DNA from: Pseudomonadota bacterium
Lineage (GTDB): Bacteria; Pseudomonadota; Alphaproteobacteria; Rhizobiales; Aestuariivirgaceae
Direction: 5' to 3'
Assembly (NCBI GenBank): GCA_020161855.1
Contig: JAIUNJ010000009.1
Coordinates: 47,644 to 111,643, forward strand
DNA length: 64,000 nucleotides
Shown here: piece after piece, positions 30,579 through 39,683 of the stretch
How positions within the stretch are numbered: the stretch's first letter is position 1
Layout: every line of letters starts with the position of its first letter
Translations under genes and position numbers: made by a program
The notes under the pieces: model-generated
Told to the model about the DNA's origin: nothing
Database searches by the model: none
The model's input: only the letters and a program-made list of their open reading frames with translations

Positions 30579-32535
30579 ATTTGCCCTTGAGCTCCCGGAA
30601 CCACTTCCGCCGTTGCGACGAATCCACGGCTTCGCCGCCGCAGGCGTTATTGCCGACCGACTGGTAGCAATGGATCGCCCGGAACAGGGCATAGGCCTTG
30701 TCCTGCCGGCTGGCTGCGGCGCTTTTCATGATGTCCTGATAGAAGTCGTGCCGCGCCAGTATCTTCCCGGCAAACAGCGTCCCCGTGCCGCCGAGTTCGT
30801 CGCTCTTCACGGGCTCGATAGGATCGACGCCATTCACCCGGAAGAAATCGCCGAGGCACAGCCGGCCCTTCACATCATTGGCCTTGGCCACAAGCCGCTT
30901 CACGATCTCTGTCAGGCCCGGGCAGTCATAGCCGTCATCGCTGCCACCGGCCCAGCGGAAAGCTTCGAAGCGGTCGCCGGAGCCATCGCCATAGGGCACC
31001 GGATCCTTGGGCACGAGTTGAATGTCATCGAGAAAGCCCTTGAACCTTCCTTGCGTCAGGTCGCGCACCAGCAGGCGGTAAAGCGCCGTATGGCGTTCCT
31101 CGTCCGGCGCCTTTGCCGACATCGCCTGCATGCGCAGGATGATCGGGCCCGCCACATGGTCAAGGAGCCGCGCACGGACATCGGGGTCGGTGATCGGCGA
31201 GCCGTCTTCGAACACGGCGGAGATGTTCTTGTGCCGCTCGTCGTGCTTGGCCAGTGCCAGCTCCAGCGTGGGGCGTTGATAGAGCCGCGTGGCGAGCGGC
31301 AGCAGCGAGACATAGAGTTCGCGCACGCCGGCTTCCCCCTTGGCATCAAGCGCGGCCGCCCGCAGCATCTGGCGGCTGAAGCCGAGATAGTCCTGCTCAC
31401 CCGCTGGGGCCGCGTCACCCGTCAGCTTCAGCACCGCCTCCGCATCCCGGTCGACAAACCAGGCACGCGCCGCCAGCAGATAGTCGAACAGCGCTTCCTG
31501 CCCGGCGAAGCGGCTGCGCTGTGCCTCCAGCACCTCCACGGCCATGCCCGGAGCAGGCTTGCCCCGGGCATCCGTCTGCGGACGCATCAGGCGCAGGTCC
31601 TGCACCGCAAGCAGCAGCGGATCCGCGGCGGCATCGGTGTAGGCCTCTTCCGGCAGCTTGTGATCGATCTCATTGGCCAGCGCCACGCCGGCGGGGTCGA
31701 CCTCCGCCGCAAGTGCCGCTTTTGAATAGGTCGCGGCCAGCACCGCAGGCTCGCCTGCCAGCCAGTCGGCCCGGCGCAGCAGCCCCCGGGCCGAAGCCGC
31801 ATAGGTGCCTGTGGGATAGTCCTTCAGATAGGCGTTGAGCCCGTCATAGGCGGCCGTCACCTGGGCTTTGCTGATGCCGCTGCGCTCAAGCGTGCCGTAG
31901 TCGTCGAAGGCCGTCGCTTGGGCTGCCAGTAGCGCCACGCGCGCCGCCATATAGCGGGAAGCTTCACGGACCCAGGGCTGCGCAGCATTCCCCAGGGTGG
32001 AGAAGCTCGAGCCATCAAAATGGCTGTCCCGGTAGAAGCGGTCGACGGCGGTGAGATAGGCGGCGAATTCCTTGCCAGCAGGCGACTGCACGGCAACAGG
32101 CGGCGCGGGCTCATATGGCTTAGACGTGTCGGGATAAGCTTCGCAGGCGATGGCGCCACGCGCTTCCTGCAGCAGCTTCTTCTCGCTGTCCGGCAGCGCG
32201 GCATCGGCGGCAACGGCAGCCTTGAAGCCAGCCGCGCCCGAAGCGTCACTGACGCAGATCGTGCCTTCGCCATAGGCCACATAGATCTGCGTGGCCGGAT
32301 CATCGGTGACCGGCCAGGCGGTCAGCTTCTGTTTCTTGTGGTCGGCGATCAGGAAGATGAGGTTGTCGCGCGTGTCATTGCCCGGCACCAGCGTTCCAAG
32401 CACATCGCAGTTGAAACCGCTGGCCAGCGCGGCGAGGTCGGGCACGCAGCTCATGTCAAAGCTCGCCCGCGCGGACGGGATTGAGAATGTCAGCGCCGAG
32501 GCGAGACAGGCTAGTCCGAGTCTGAGGTGTCGCAT
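30535..32535 (-). CDS. Large secreted Cys-containing helical-repeat protein, partner of DUF3142
   Basis: Signal peptide MRHLRLGLACLASALTFSIPSARA; PGNDTRDNL, YPTGTYAASARGLLRR, C-terminal FRAIHCY..VGNNACGG...WF..LK.KY..TSWA...IYW. Confidence 0.7.
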   Translation of the reverse strand: MRHLRLGLACLASALTFSIPSARASFDMSCVPDLAALASGFNCDVLGTLVPGNDTRDNLIFLIADHKKQKLTAWPVTDDPATQIYVAYGEGTICVSDASGAAGFKAAVAADAALPDSEKKLLQEARGAIACEAYPDTSKPYEPAPPVAVQSPAGKEFAAYLTAVDRFYRDSHFDGSSFSTLGNAAQPWVREASRYMAARVALLAAQATAFDDYGTLERSGISKAQVTAAYDGLNAYLKDYPTGTYAASARGLLRRADWLAGEPAVLAATYSKAALAAEVDPAGVALANEIDHKLPEEAYTDAAADPLLLAVQDLRLMRPQTDARGKPAPGMAVEVLEAQRSRFAGQEALFDYLLAARAWFVDRDAEAVLKLTGDAAPAGEQDYLGFSRQMLRAAALDAKGEAGVRELYVSLLPLATRLYQRPTLELALAKHDERHKNISAVFEDGSPITDPDVRARLLDHVAGPIILRMQAMSAKAPDEERHTALYRLLVRDLTQGRFKGFLDDIQLVPKDPVPYGDGSGDRFEAFRWAGGSDDGYDCPGLTEIVKRLVAKANDVKGRLCLGDFFRVNGVDPIEPVKSDELGGTGTLFAGKILARHDFYQDIMKSAAASRQDKAYALFRAIHCYQSVGNNACGGEAVDSSQRRKWFRELKGKYGDTSWAKQVDIYW

Positions 32536-32585
32536 GGCGGCACAGGCTATCGTAAGCCCGCACGAAGGCAAGCGCCCTGCCCGGC

Positions 32586-32614
32586 AAAGAAAAAGGCCCC
32601 GTCTCCGGGGCCTT
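32586..32614 (-). terminator. rpsB-tsf terminator
   Basis: Minus strand AAGGCCCCGGAGACGGGGCC-TTTTTCTTT. Confidence 0.8.
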
Positions 32615-32639
32615 GTCTCAAGGCGTGGGCGAAGAAGTC

Positions 32640-33563
32640 TCAGCTCTGGCCGGACATCTTGGCGACTTCGGCCGCGAAATCGTCGGCTTCCTTCTCGATG
32701 CCTTCGCCAAGCTGCATGCGGGCATAGGCCTTGAGCGCCACGGCAGCGCCTGCCTTGTTGCCCATTTCGGAAATGACCTGGGCCACCGTCTTGGCGCCGT
32801 CATGCACATAGGCCTGCTCGAGGAGGCAGTTCTCCTTGGCGTAGGACTTGAGGCCCGAGGCGATGATCTTCTCCATCACGTTGGCGGGCTTGCCGGCATT
32901 CTTCTCTTCCAGGATCGCCTTCTCGCGGGCCAGCACATCGGCGGGCACCGAGGCAAGGTCGAGCGCCACCGGATTGGTCGCGGCAATGTGCATCGCCAGC
33001 ATGCGGCCGAAGCTGTTGAGCTCGTCCTTGCTGCCGGTCGATTCCAGCGCCACCAGCACACCGATCTTGCCCATGTTGGGCGCAACCTGGTTGTGCACGT
33101 AGCTGGCCACCACGCCGTCCTTGACCGACAGCGCCACGGTGCGGCGCACCGTCATGTTCTCGCCGATGGTCGCAACCATCTCGGCCACATAGGCCGCCAC
33201 TTCATGGGTCGAGCCCGGGAACTGCGCGGTCTTGAGCTTCTCGGTCGAAGAGTCGGAATCGAGCGCCAGCTTGGCGATCTCGGCCACCATGGCCTGGAAC
33301 TTTTCGTTGCGGGCCACGAAGTCGGTCTCGGAGTTGACTTCGACGAGAGCCCCGGTCGTGCCGCGGGTGGCGGCACCGACGAGGCCTTCGGCGGCCACGC
33401 GGGTTGATTTCTTGGCGGCCTTGGCCAGGCCCTTGGCGCGCAGCCAGTCGACTGCTGCTTCCATGTCGCCATTGGTTGCAGCCAGCGCGGCCTTGCAGTC
33501 CATCATGCCGACGCCCGTCTTCTCGCGAAGGTCGCGCACCATTGCAGCTGTGATCTCAGCCAT
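32640..33563 (-). CDS. tsf: Elongation factor Ts
   Basis: VRDLREKTGVGMMDCK, EVNSETDFVARN, QLGEGIEK. Confidence 0.97.
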   Translation of the reverse strand: MAEITAAMVRDLREKTGVGMMDCKAALAATNGDMEAAVDWLRAKGLAKAAKKSTRVAAEGLVGAATRGTTGALVEVNSETDFVARNEKFQAMVAEIAKLALDSDSSTEKLKTAQFPGSTHEVAAYVAEMVATIGENMTVRRTVALSVKDGVVASYVHNQVAPNMGKIGVLVALESTGSKDELNSFGRMLAMHIAATNPVALDLASVPADVLAREKAILEEKNAGKPANVMEKIIASGLKSYAKENCLLEQAYVHDGAKTVAQVISEMGNKAGAAVALKAYARMQLGEGIEKEADDFAAEVAKMSGQS

Positions 33564-33632
33564 GTTCGTCTCCTGAATGGATATGGGTCCGTGCCGGTGG
33601 CACGGACCCTTGAAGGTTTTGTGTCGAAAGCC

Positions 33633-34391
33633 TCAGGCCGTGGCGGCCAGAGCCTCTTCGAGCGGCGCTTCGGCAGCGCCGGTATCAACGCCCGAGGCGG
33701 TCTGCGACTGCGAGATGCCTTCGATCACCGCCTTGGTGATGAGATCGCAGTAGAGGGCGACGGCGCGCGCTGCGTCGTCATTGCCCGGGATCGGATAGGT
33801 GATGCCGGCCGGATCGGAGTTGGTGTCGATGATGGCGACGACCGGGATGCCGAGGCGGTTGGCTTCCTTGATGGCGATCTGTTCCTTGTTCGTGTCGATC
33901 ACGAACAGGATGTCGGGCGTGCCGCCCATGTCCTTGATGCCGCCCAGCGCCTTTTCCATCTTGTCGCGCTCGCGCGTGACGGAGAGGAGTTCGCGCTTGT
34001 TGATGCCCACGCCCTGCTTGGCGATGATCTCGTCGAGCGAGCGCAGATGCTTGATCGAGTTCGAGATCGTCTTCCAGTTGGTGAGCATGCCACCGAGCCA
34101 GCGCGAGTTCACGTAATACTGGGCCGAACGCTTGGCAGCCTCGGCGATCGGCTCCTGGGCCGAGCGCTTGGTGCCCACGAAGAGCACGCGGCCGCCCTTG
34201 GCGACGGTGTCCGAAATGGCGTTGAGCGCCTGGTGCAGCAGCGGAACTGTCTGCGACAGGTCGACGATGTGAATGCCATTGCGCGAGCCGTAGATATACG
34301 ACTGCATCTTGGGATTCCAGCGATGTGTCTGGTGGCCGAAATGAACGCCCGCTTCAAGCAGCTGGCGCATGGTAAAGGGTACCGTGCCCAT
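33633..34391 (-). CDS. rpsB: 30S ribosomal protein S2
   Basis: [34 protein letters not shown]; start placed at ATG 34391. Confidence 0.97.
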   Translation of the reverse strand: MGTVPFTMRQLLEAGVHFGHQTHRWNPKMQSYIYGSRNGIHIVDLSQTVPLLHQALNAISDTVAKGGRVLFVGTKRSAQEPIAEAAKRSAQYYVNSRWLGGMLTNWKTISNSIKHLRSLDEIIAKQGVGINKRELLSVTRERDKMEKALGGIKDMGGTPDILFVIDTNKEQIAIKEANRLGIPVVAIIDTNSDPAGITYPIPGNDDAARAVALYCDLITKAVIEGISQSQTASGVDTGAAEAPLEEALAATA

Positions 34392-34515
34392 GTCTTTTAC
34401 TTCTCCGGTTGATCCGCCACGAGGGGAAGTAACCGGGAAATCCGGCACCGGAAGGACTGACCCTATGTGGGGAACTTGCGTTCCCGTGGGACAATCCAAC
34501 CCTCGTGTGAGTGTT
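34392..34515 (-). promoter_or_regulatory. Structured rpsB 5' leader (S2 autoregulatory / t44-like)
   Basis: Position directly upstream of rpsB; TTCCGGTGCCGGA and CCGG...CCGGAG stems. Assignment rests on position and known rpsB leaders. Confidence 0.4.
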
Positions 34516-34656
34516 GAACGGGCGGGCCTATAGCTTCGCAGATGCGGAATGTCAAACTGGCCGGTTTATGCCTTAAGCCTTGCTCCGCTGCCGCTCGTTG
34601 TTGCAGGCCGGCACCTCCCTCGTTATCAATGCCACGCAATCAAGGGACGACGGGAA

Positions 34657-35043
34657 ATGCGCAAATATACTGTTCTGGCAGCCACTGTCTGCGCCGTCTT
34701 TGCCGGGACCGCTCCGGTACGGGCCGCCGAGGTTCTTATCGCCAATATCGCACCGGGAACAACCGAATGGTTCATCGACGGTGCGCCCTTCATGTCTGTG
34801 CCCACAGGCCAGCACGGTATCAAGAAGCTTGCCGCTGGCAGCAGAAGCGTCGAGGTTCTCGACTATGCGGGCGGCAAGGCCGGCAAGCAGGTGAATTTCG
34901 ATCCGGCACAAACCGCACAAGTTGGCGGCCGCGAGTTCTGGTGCCTCGCCAGCCGTCCCGCAGCGGCAGGCGGCCCCGAACTTCTGGTCCTTGAGCGCGA
35001 AATCTGCCTGCAGTTCCTGGGCAACCAGCCGCCGGGCAACTAG
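34657..35043 (+). CDS. Small secreted hypothetical protein (possible PEGA-like beta sandwich)
   Basis: Signal peptide MRKYTVLAATVCAVFAGTAPVRA; WFIDG motif; two C-terminal Cys. Confidence 0.55.
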   Translation: MRKYTVLAATVCAVFAGTAPVRAAEVLIANIAPGTTEWFIDGAPFMSVPTGQHGIKKLAAGSRSVEVLDYAGGKAGKQVNFDPAQTAQVGGREFWCLASRPAAAGGPELLVLEREICLQFLGNQPPGN

Positions 35044-35056
35044 CCCCCCTTCTGCA

Positions 35057-36868
35057 TCACGTCAGGATCGTCAGGTCCCCTCCGGCGAGGTTGATCGTGT
35101 TGATGGCCGAGACGTTGGACAGCTGCACCACCACGTCATTGGCGCTGGCCCCGGCCAGGCCATCCGAGATGAAGAGATAATAGGCACCCGCCTTGTTCAC
35201 CTTGAAGAAGGCGAACTCGCCGGCCTGCGTCCCGCCGGCGTTGATCCGCCCGGCAATGTCCTTGACGCAATCTGCCATCGTCGTGCCTGAGCCTGCCGCA
35301 AAGGTCGCAACGCCGTTGGCGGCTTTGATCGAGGCCTGCGATGCCGAGGCCCCGGCCGCCGTGCCGCCGACCTTGAGAGCGGCGGTGAAGTCGAACTTGT
35401 CACCCACATTGAGCGCGCCCTTCTGGTAGTCCTTCACCATGTCGAAAGCCGTGTAGGCCGAATCTCCCGCCGCGAACTTGAAGATATCGCGGCCCGTGCC
35501 GCCATAGAGCGTGTCCTTTCCCTTGCCGCCGGACAGCGTATCGCTGCCGCCGAGGCCGCCCAGGATGTTCATGCCCGCATTACCGGTGATCACCTGCCCC
35601 AGCAGATCGTTGCCGATGAGATTGATCGCCGCCGTGCCGCCGGGGTTCTCCGCCTGCATGATCTCGATGTGATCGTCGGCGTCGAGCGCGAAACTCTCGA
35701 AAGCCTTTACGCGGTCTGCCGTGCCGCCACCTGCATCCTCGATGATGATGTCCTCGCTCCTTACGAGGTAGGTGTCGTTGCCAATGCCGCCCTCAAGGAA
35801 ATCCGCTTCCGAATCCTGGCCTCCAAACAGGGTGTCGTCGCCCTCCCAACCCCACAGGATATTGATGGCGAAGTCACCGGAGAGCCAATCGTTGTAAAAG
35901 GACCCTTCAAGGTTCTCGAAGCCGGAAATCGTATCGACTCCGGCACCCAGCGTATCTTGCGGATCTGTGAAATCCAGATCGACCACGACGCGCGCTGGTG
36001 CAAAGTAGTAGCTGACCGTATCTCCCTGCGGACCGTGGCTGCCACCGGTGAGAAAGTCGTTGCCAGGCCCGCCGTGAATCAGGTCATCGCCATCGCCGCC
36101 ATCAAGAGAATCTTCTCCAGAATAGCCATCCAGAATGTCGTCGCCATCGCCGCCAAATGCGGTCTCTCCCGTATCCGGATCGTCGGCGCCGAAGTAGCTG
36201 TCCTCACCACCGCCGAGATAGACAACCCCAGCAATCACCCCGTTGTTATCGAAGATATCCGCCCCAGAACCAAGGACGATATCGCCCTCGATAAGTCCAT
36301 AGTTATTGAAATCGGAGGACGTATCTCCTTCCACGAATATAGCGACCCGGTCCTGACTGTTCGTGAAAATCTTTCCGGTGTTCCAGAAAGTAAGCACCGG
36401 CACGTCAACGAGATGAATGGCCCAGCTGCTGTGGCTGAAAATCACACCATCATTGTCGATCCCGACCTTTGCACCATTGATCTCGATCGCGCCACTTGTT
36501 CCAGCGGCTGCGTCCGTCGAAATCGAACCGCGATTGTTTACGTAGAAGAAGTTGTCATAGGGGCTGTCTTCAACTCTTATGGCGCCGAGATGTCCGGAGA
36601 TTGCACCGCCTGACAGCACGAACAGATTGTTGGTGCCTCCGGCTGGATTGCTGTTGTTGAAAACAAGCGCGGCGGAAGACGTGCCATATCCAAAGACCAT
36701 CCCGCTGATGTTCACCAGGTAGTCTATGCCCGTGCCACCAAACCGAAGCACTCCGCTCCCGGCGCTGCCGTAGACAAGCGCGTTCGCCTGAACCGTTACA
36801 TAGTCGGGTTGCGCTGTCGTAAACGCTGCTGGATTCTCTGTAACCGTACCGCTGAGAAAAACTGCCAT
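35057..36868 (-). CDS. RTX/hemolysin-type Ca-binding repeat protein (likely T1SS substrate or surface protein)
   Basis: GGxGxDxLx nonapeptides (GGDGDDILD, GGDGDDLIH, GGPGNDFLT, GGKGKDTLY, GGTGRDIFK); no N-terminal signal peptide; GGGGAG RBS before ATG 36868. Confidence 0.85.
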   Translation of the reverse strand: MAVFLSGTVTENPAAFTTAQPDYVTVQANALVYGSAGSGVLRFGGTGIDYLVNISGMVFGYGTSSAALVFNNSNPAGGTNNLFVLSGGAISGHLGAIRVEDSPYDNFFYVNNRGSISTDAAAGTSGAIEINGAKVGIDNDGVIFSHSSWAIHLVDVPVLTFWNTGKIFTNSQDRVAIFVEGDTSSDFNNYGLIEGDIVLGSGADIFDNNGVIAGVVYLGGGEDSYFGADDPDTGETAFGGDGDDILDGYSGEDSLDGGDGDDLIHGGPGNDFLTGGSHGPQGDTVSYYFAPARVVVDLDFTDPQDTLGAGVDTISGFENLEGSFYNDWLSGDFAINILWGWEGDDTLFGGQDSEADFLEGGIGNDTYLVRSEDIIIEDAGGGTADRVKAFESFALDADDHIEIMQAENPGGTAAINLIGNDLLGQVITGNAGMNILGGLGGSDTLSGGKGKDTLYGGTGRDIFKFAAGDSAYTAFDMVKDYQKGALNVGDKFDFTAALKVGGTAAGASASQASIKAANGVATFAAGSGTTMADCVKDIAGRINAGGTQAGEFAFFKVNKAGAYYLFISDGLAGASANDVVVQLSNVSAINTINLAGGDLTILT

Positions 36869-37015
36869 TGGTCTCCCCACTCACTGACGCCTATCAAAGG
36901 CACAACGTGACACACCCCCAACGTGCATCAACAAAAGCCTGCCTATTGCAGCGTTTACAGTCAATGGTGAATCTGAATGGCCTATGCACAACTTAAGAGT
37001 GCCGTTGATCAGCCC

Positions 37016-37474
37016 TCAGTAGCTGCGCCCCATGGCGCCATCCAGCGACAGGCGGCCCGGTCCCAGTGCGATCACGCCTGCTGCCATCGCCGCCCAGGTG
37101 ATGTGGATGGGCCAGCCCGTGGGGATCGTCAGCTGGATCAGGGCGGTCATCAGCAGGAGTCCGAGTCCGGAAAGCCGCGTGAACAGTCCGATCACCAGCA
37201 GCACCGGCAGGATCGTCTCGCCCAGCGCCGAAAGATAGGCCATCACCGCCGGGTAAGGGTAGTCATAGACCTTGCCGAAGACGTGCAGCTTGAATTCATC
37301 CGTGAACAGAAGAATATCGGTATCGTTGAGCTTGAGGAATCCATCCCACTTGGTGATGCCCGAGCGGAAGAAGGGCACGGCGAGGCCCACGCGCAGCGCC
37401 AGGCTCACCAGCCAATGGGGCAGAAGCCCCGCGCCCAGGTCTTCCAGCCTTCTCAGCAATGCAATCGGATTCAT
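37016..37474 (-). CDS. DoxX-family membrane protein (BufD-like)
   Basis: LRVGLAVPFFRSGITKW, ETILPVLLVIGLFTRLSGLGLL, GPGRLSLD. Confidence 0.85.
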   Translation of the reverse strand: MNPIALLRRLEDLGAGLLPHWLVSLALRVGLAVPFFRSGITKWDGFLKLNDTDILLFTDEFKLHVFGKVYDYPYPAVMAYLSALGETILPVLLVIGLFTRLSGLGLLLMTALIQLTIPTGWPIHITWAAMAAGVIALGPGRLSLDGAMGRSY

Positions 37475-38244
37475 GCCTCTTCCCCTGTCTTGATCCGCGT
37501 GAAGGCCCCGGCTTCGATCGCCAGCATCAGCGCTGCGCCAAGATCGAAGTCCACGTCCACCCGCGCGCCCTCTTCTGCCGCCAGGCCAAGAGTGGCACCG
37601 CAGCTCAGTGTGTTCAGGAAGGCAAATGTGCCGCCTGAAACGCGACGCACGTCGACCATGAGTCCGGGCCGCGACACAAGGCCAAACTCCGGCTGTGAAA
37701 GATCAAGCCCGTCGAGGCCCTCGCCCGTGCGGCTCCGCGCAAAGATCGAGACGACGGCAAACCTGCTGTTCATGAGCCGCATGGCCGGATGAGCCACGAA
37801 GCGGACAGAGCCCAGTTCATCCGCCGCCACCTGCGCCAGTGCTGAACCCGGCAGCGGCAGCGCGTCGGCTTCATGGAAGCTGTCGAGCCACAGGCGTTCC
37901 AGCCGCGCCACGTCCGCCAGATAGGGATAGGCGGCGAGTGCCGCATCGCCCTCGATCTCAGGGGCCAGATCGCGCCCGTATTCGAACAGCAGCTTGCTCA
38001 CCGGCGGGCAGCGCCGCACATGGTCGAGCGCCAGCGCCAGAAACGCCTCGCCGCCCAGCAACCGCCGCAACGCCGGGAAGTTCGCTTCCAGAGCCTCAAC
38101 GAGGCTCAAGGTCACATTGTTGCGATAGACGGCAAAGCGCTTGGGCAAATGCGCGCTGGCGCCTTCCGGCACCGGCAGGTCCGGCCGCAGCAGCGCCTGC
38201 GAGAAACTCCCGGCCAGCTGGGTCCAGTCAGCTTGCACGGGCAA
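37471..38244 (-). CDS. DUF2063 MNIO partner protein (BufC/HvfC-like)
   Basis: RFAVYRNNV...L..NFP...[17 protein letters not shown]; start codon overlaps the DUF692 stop. Confidence 0.85.
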   Translation of the reverse strand: MPVQADWTQLAGSFSQALLRPDLPVPEGASAHLPKRFAVYRNNVTLSLVEALEANFPALRRLLGGEAFLALALDHVRRCPPVSKLLFEYGRDLAPEIEGDAALAAYPYLADVARLERLWLDSFHEADALPLPGSALAQVAADELGSVRFVAHPAMRLMNSRFAVVSIFARSRTGEGLDGLDLSQPEFGLVSRPGLMVDVRRVSGGTFAFLNTLSCGATLGLAAEEGARVDVDFDLGAALMLAIEAGAFTRIKTGEEA

Positions 38245-39103
38245 GCTCCTGCTTCAACTGGCGCGCAACAATTCTGTCTGCCGCCGTGGCTTCCGCCTTG
38301 AGAACAGGCCAGGCCGGAACATCACCATCCCATTCGATGAGCGTTGGAATAGGCCCGGACGCGGCGATCACGTTTTCATAGAGCGTCCAGACGCCGTCCG
38401 AAACAGGCCGGTCGTGCGAGTCGATGAGCAGCGGCTCGCCGGCATCATCCCAGTCCATGTCATGCCCGGCCAGATGGATCTCGCGCACCCGGTCCATCGG
38501 GAAGCTGGCAAGATAGTCACCCGCGCTGCTGCCATGATTGGTCGCAGAAACGAAAACATTATTGAGGTCGAGCAGAAGCCCGCAGCCCGTGCGCCGGGCG
38601 AGCTCCGCAATGAAATCCGTCTCGCTCATGGTCGATTGCGCGAAGGCAACATAGGTGGAGGGATTCTCGAGCAGGATCGGGCGGCGCAATGTCTCCTGCA
38701 CTTCGTTGATATGCGCAGCGACGCGCTCCAGCGTCTCGCGCGTGTATGGCAGCGGCAGAAGGTCGTTGAAGTAAGTGCCGCCATGGCTGGACCAGGCGAG
38801 GTGCTCGGAAACAATCAGCGGCTCGTAGCGCTCCACCACGGCCTTGAGGCGCGACAGATGCAATTGATCGAGCGGCTGCGGCGCGCCGATGGAAAGCCCC
38901 ACGCCATGCACACAGAGCGGAAAGCGTTCCCGGATCCGGGTCAGCGCCGCATGTGGCGCGCCACCCTTCCCCATGTAGTTTTCGGCATGGACCTCGAAAA
39001 AGCCCACGGCGTCGCGATCATTCAGAATGTCGTCGACATGCTCGGCCTTCAGGCCCGCGCCTGCGCGCAAAGGGGAGTAAAATTGTGGAAAGTGCAGCGT
39101 CAT
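38228..39103 (-). CDS. DUF692 multinuclear non-heme iron oxidase (MNIO; BufB-like)
   Basis: [57 protein letters not shown]. Confidence 0.92.
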   Translation of the reverse strand: MTLHFPQFYSPLRAGAGLKAEHVDDILNDRDAVGFFEVHAENYMGKGGAPHAALTRIRERFPLCVHGVGLSIGAPQPLDQLHLSRLKAVVERYEPLIVSEHLAWSSHGGTYFNDLLPLPYTRETLERVAAHINEVQETLRRPILLENPSTYVAFAQSTMSETDFIAELARRTGCGLLLDLNNVFVSATNHGSSAGDYLASFPMDRVREIHLAGHDMDWDDAGEPLLIDSHDRPVSDGVWTLYENVIAASGPIPTLIEWDGDVPAWPVLKAEATAADRIVARQLKQELARAS

Positions 39104-39234
39104 GGATTGCTCCCGGTGCCCGCTTAATGAAGTGCCCGGGCGAGGCCTGCGCGGGGTGGAGCCGCAAGTGGCAACTCCACCCTCGCGCCATTTGCGCGCC
39201 CTTCCTGCAAGGGAGGAAGAACGCCTGAGGCAGC

Positions 39235-39543
39235 TCAGGCCGGCAGGTCGCGGGTCAGCGGCTCAAGCGAGCCCTTGCGGCCGCCGTCGACATCCATCGA
39301 CATGCAGGTGCCCTTGTCGACATACTTCCAGGAATTGCCCTGATAGTTGATCGTGCTCGTGCCCTTACAGGTGGTTCCGGCGCCCGCGGCGCAGTCATTC
39401 TGGCCGGCCAGTGCCACGCCGAAGCACTTTTCCTTGTCGGCGGCGGCTGCCGTGTTCGAGGTTGCGATGGCCATCGCGGAAACGGCGGCGGTGACAGCGC
39501 TCGCCAGCATGGCAGCGGAAAAAGCGCGGCGTGTGGTGTTCAT
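39235..39543 (-). CDS. DUF2282 bufferin-type RiPP precursor (BufA1-like)
   Basis: Signal peptide then [15 protein letters not shown]...TTCKG...WKYVDKGTC (four Cys); GAGGAG RBS. Confidence 0.85.
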   Translation of the reverse strand: MNTTRRAFSAAMLASAVTAAVSAMAIATSNTAAAADKEKCFGVALAGQNDCAAGAGTTCKGTSTINYQGNSWKYVDKGTCMSMDVDGGRKGSLEPLTRDLPA

Positions 39544-39683
39544 GGGTATCTCCTCTTTCGGTTTGCGGCTGATCTCCAGCCCGCATCCCGTGTCCCACGC
39601 ACCGGCCCGTTTGGGAAATAAACAGCCGCCGCAAACTGCTCACTTTGCCGTAAGGCAAGTCTCACCCGCGCCTCACGCCGCCG

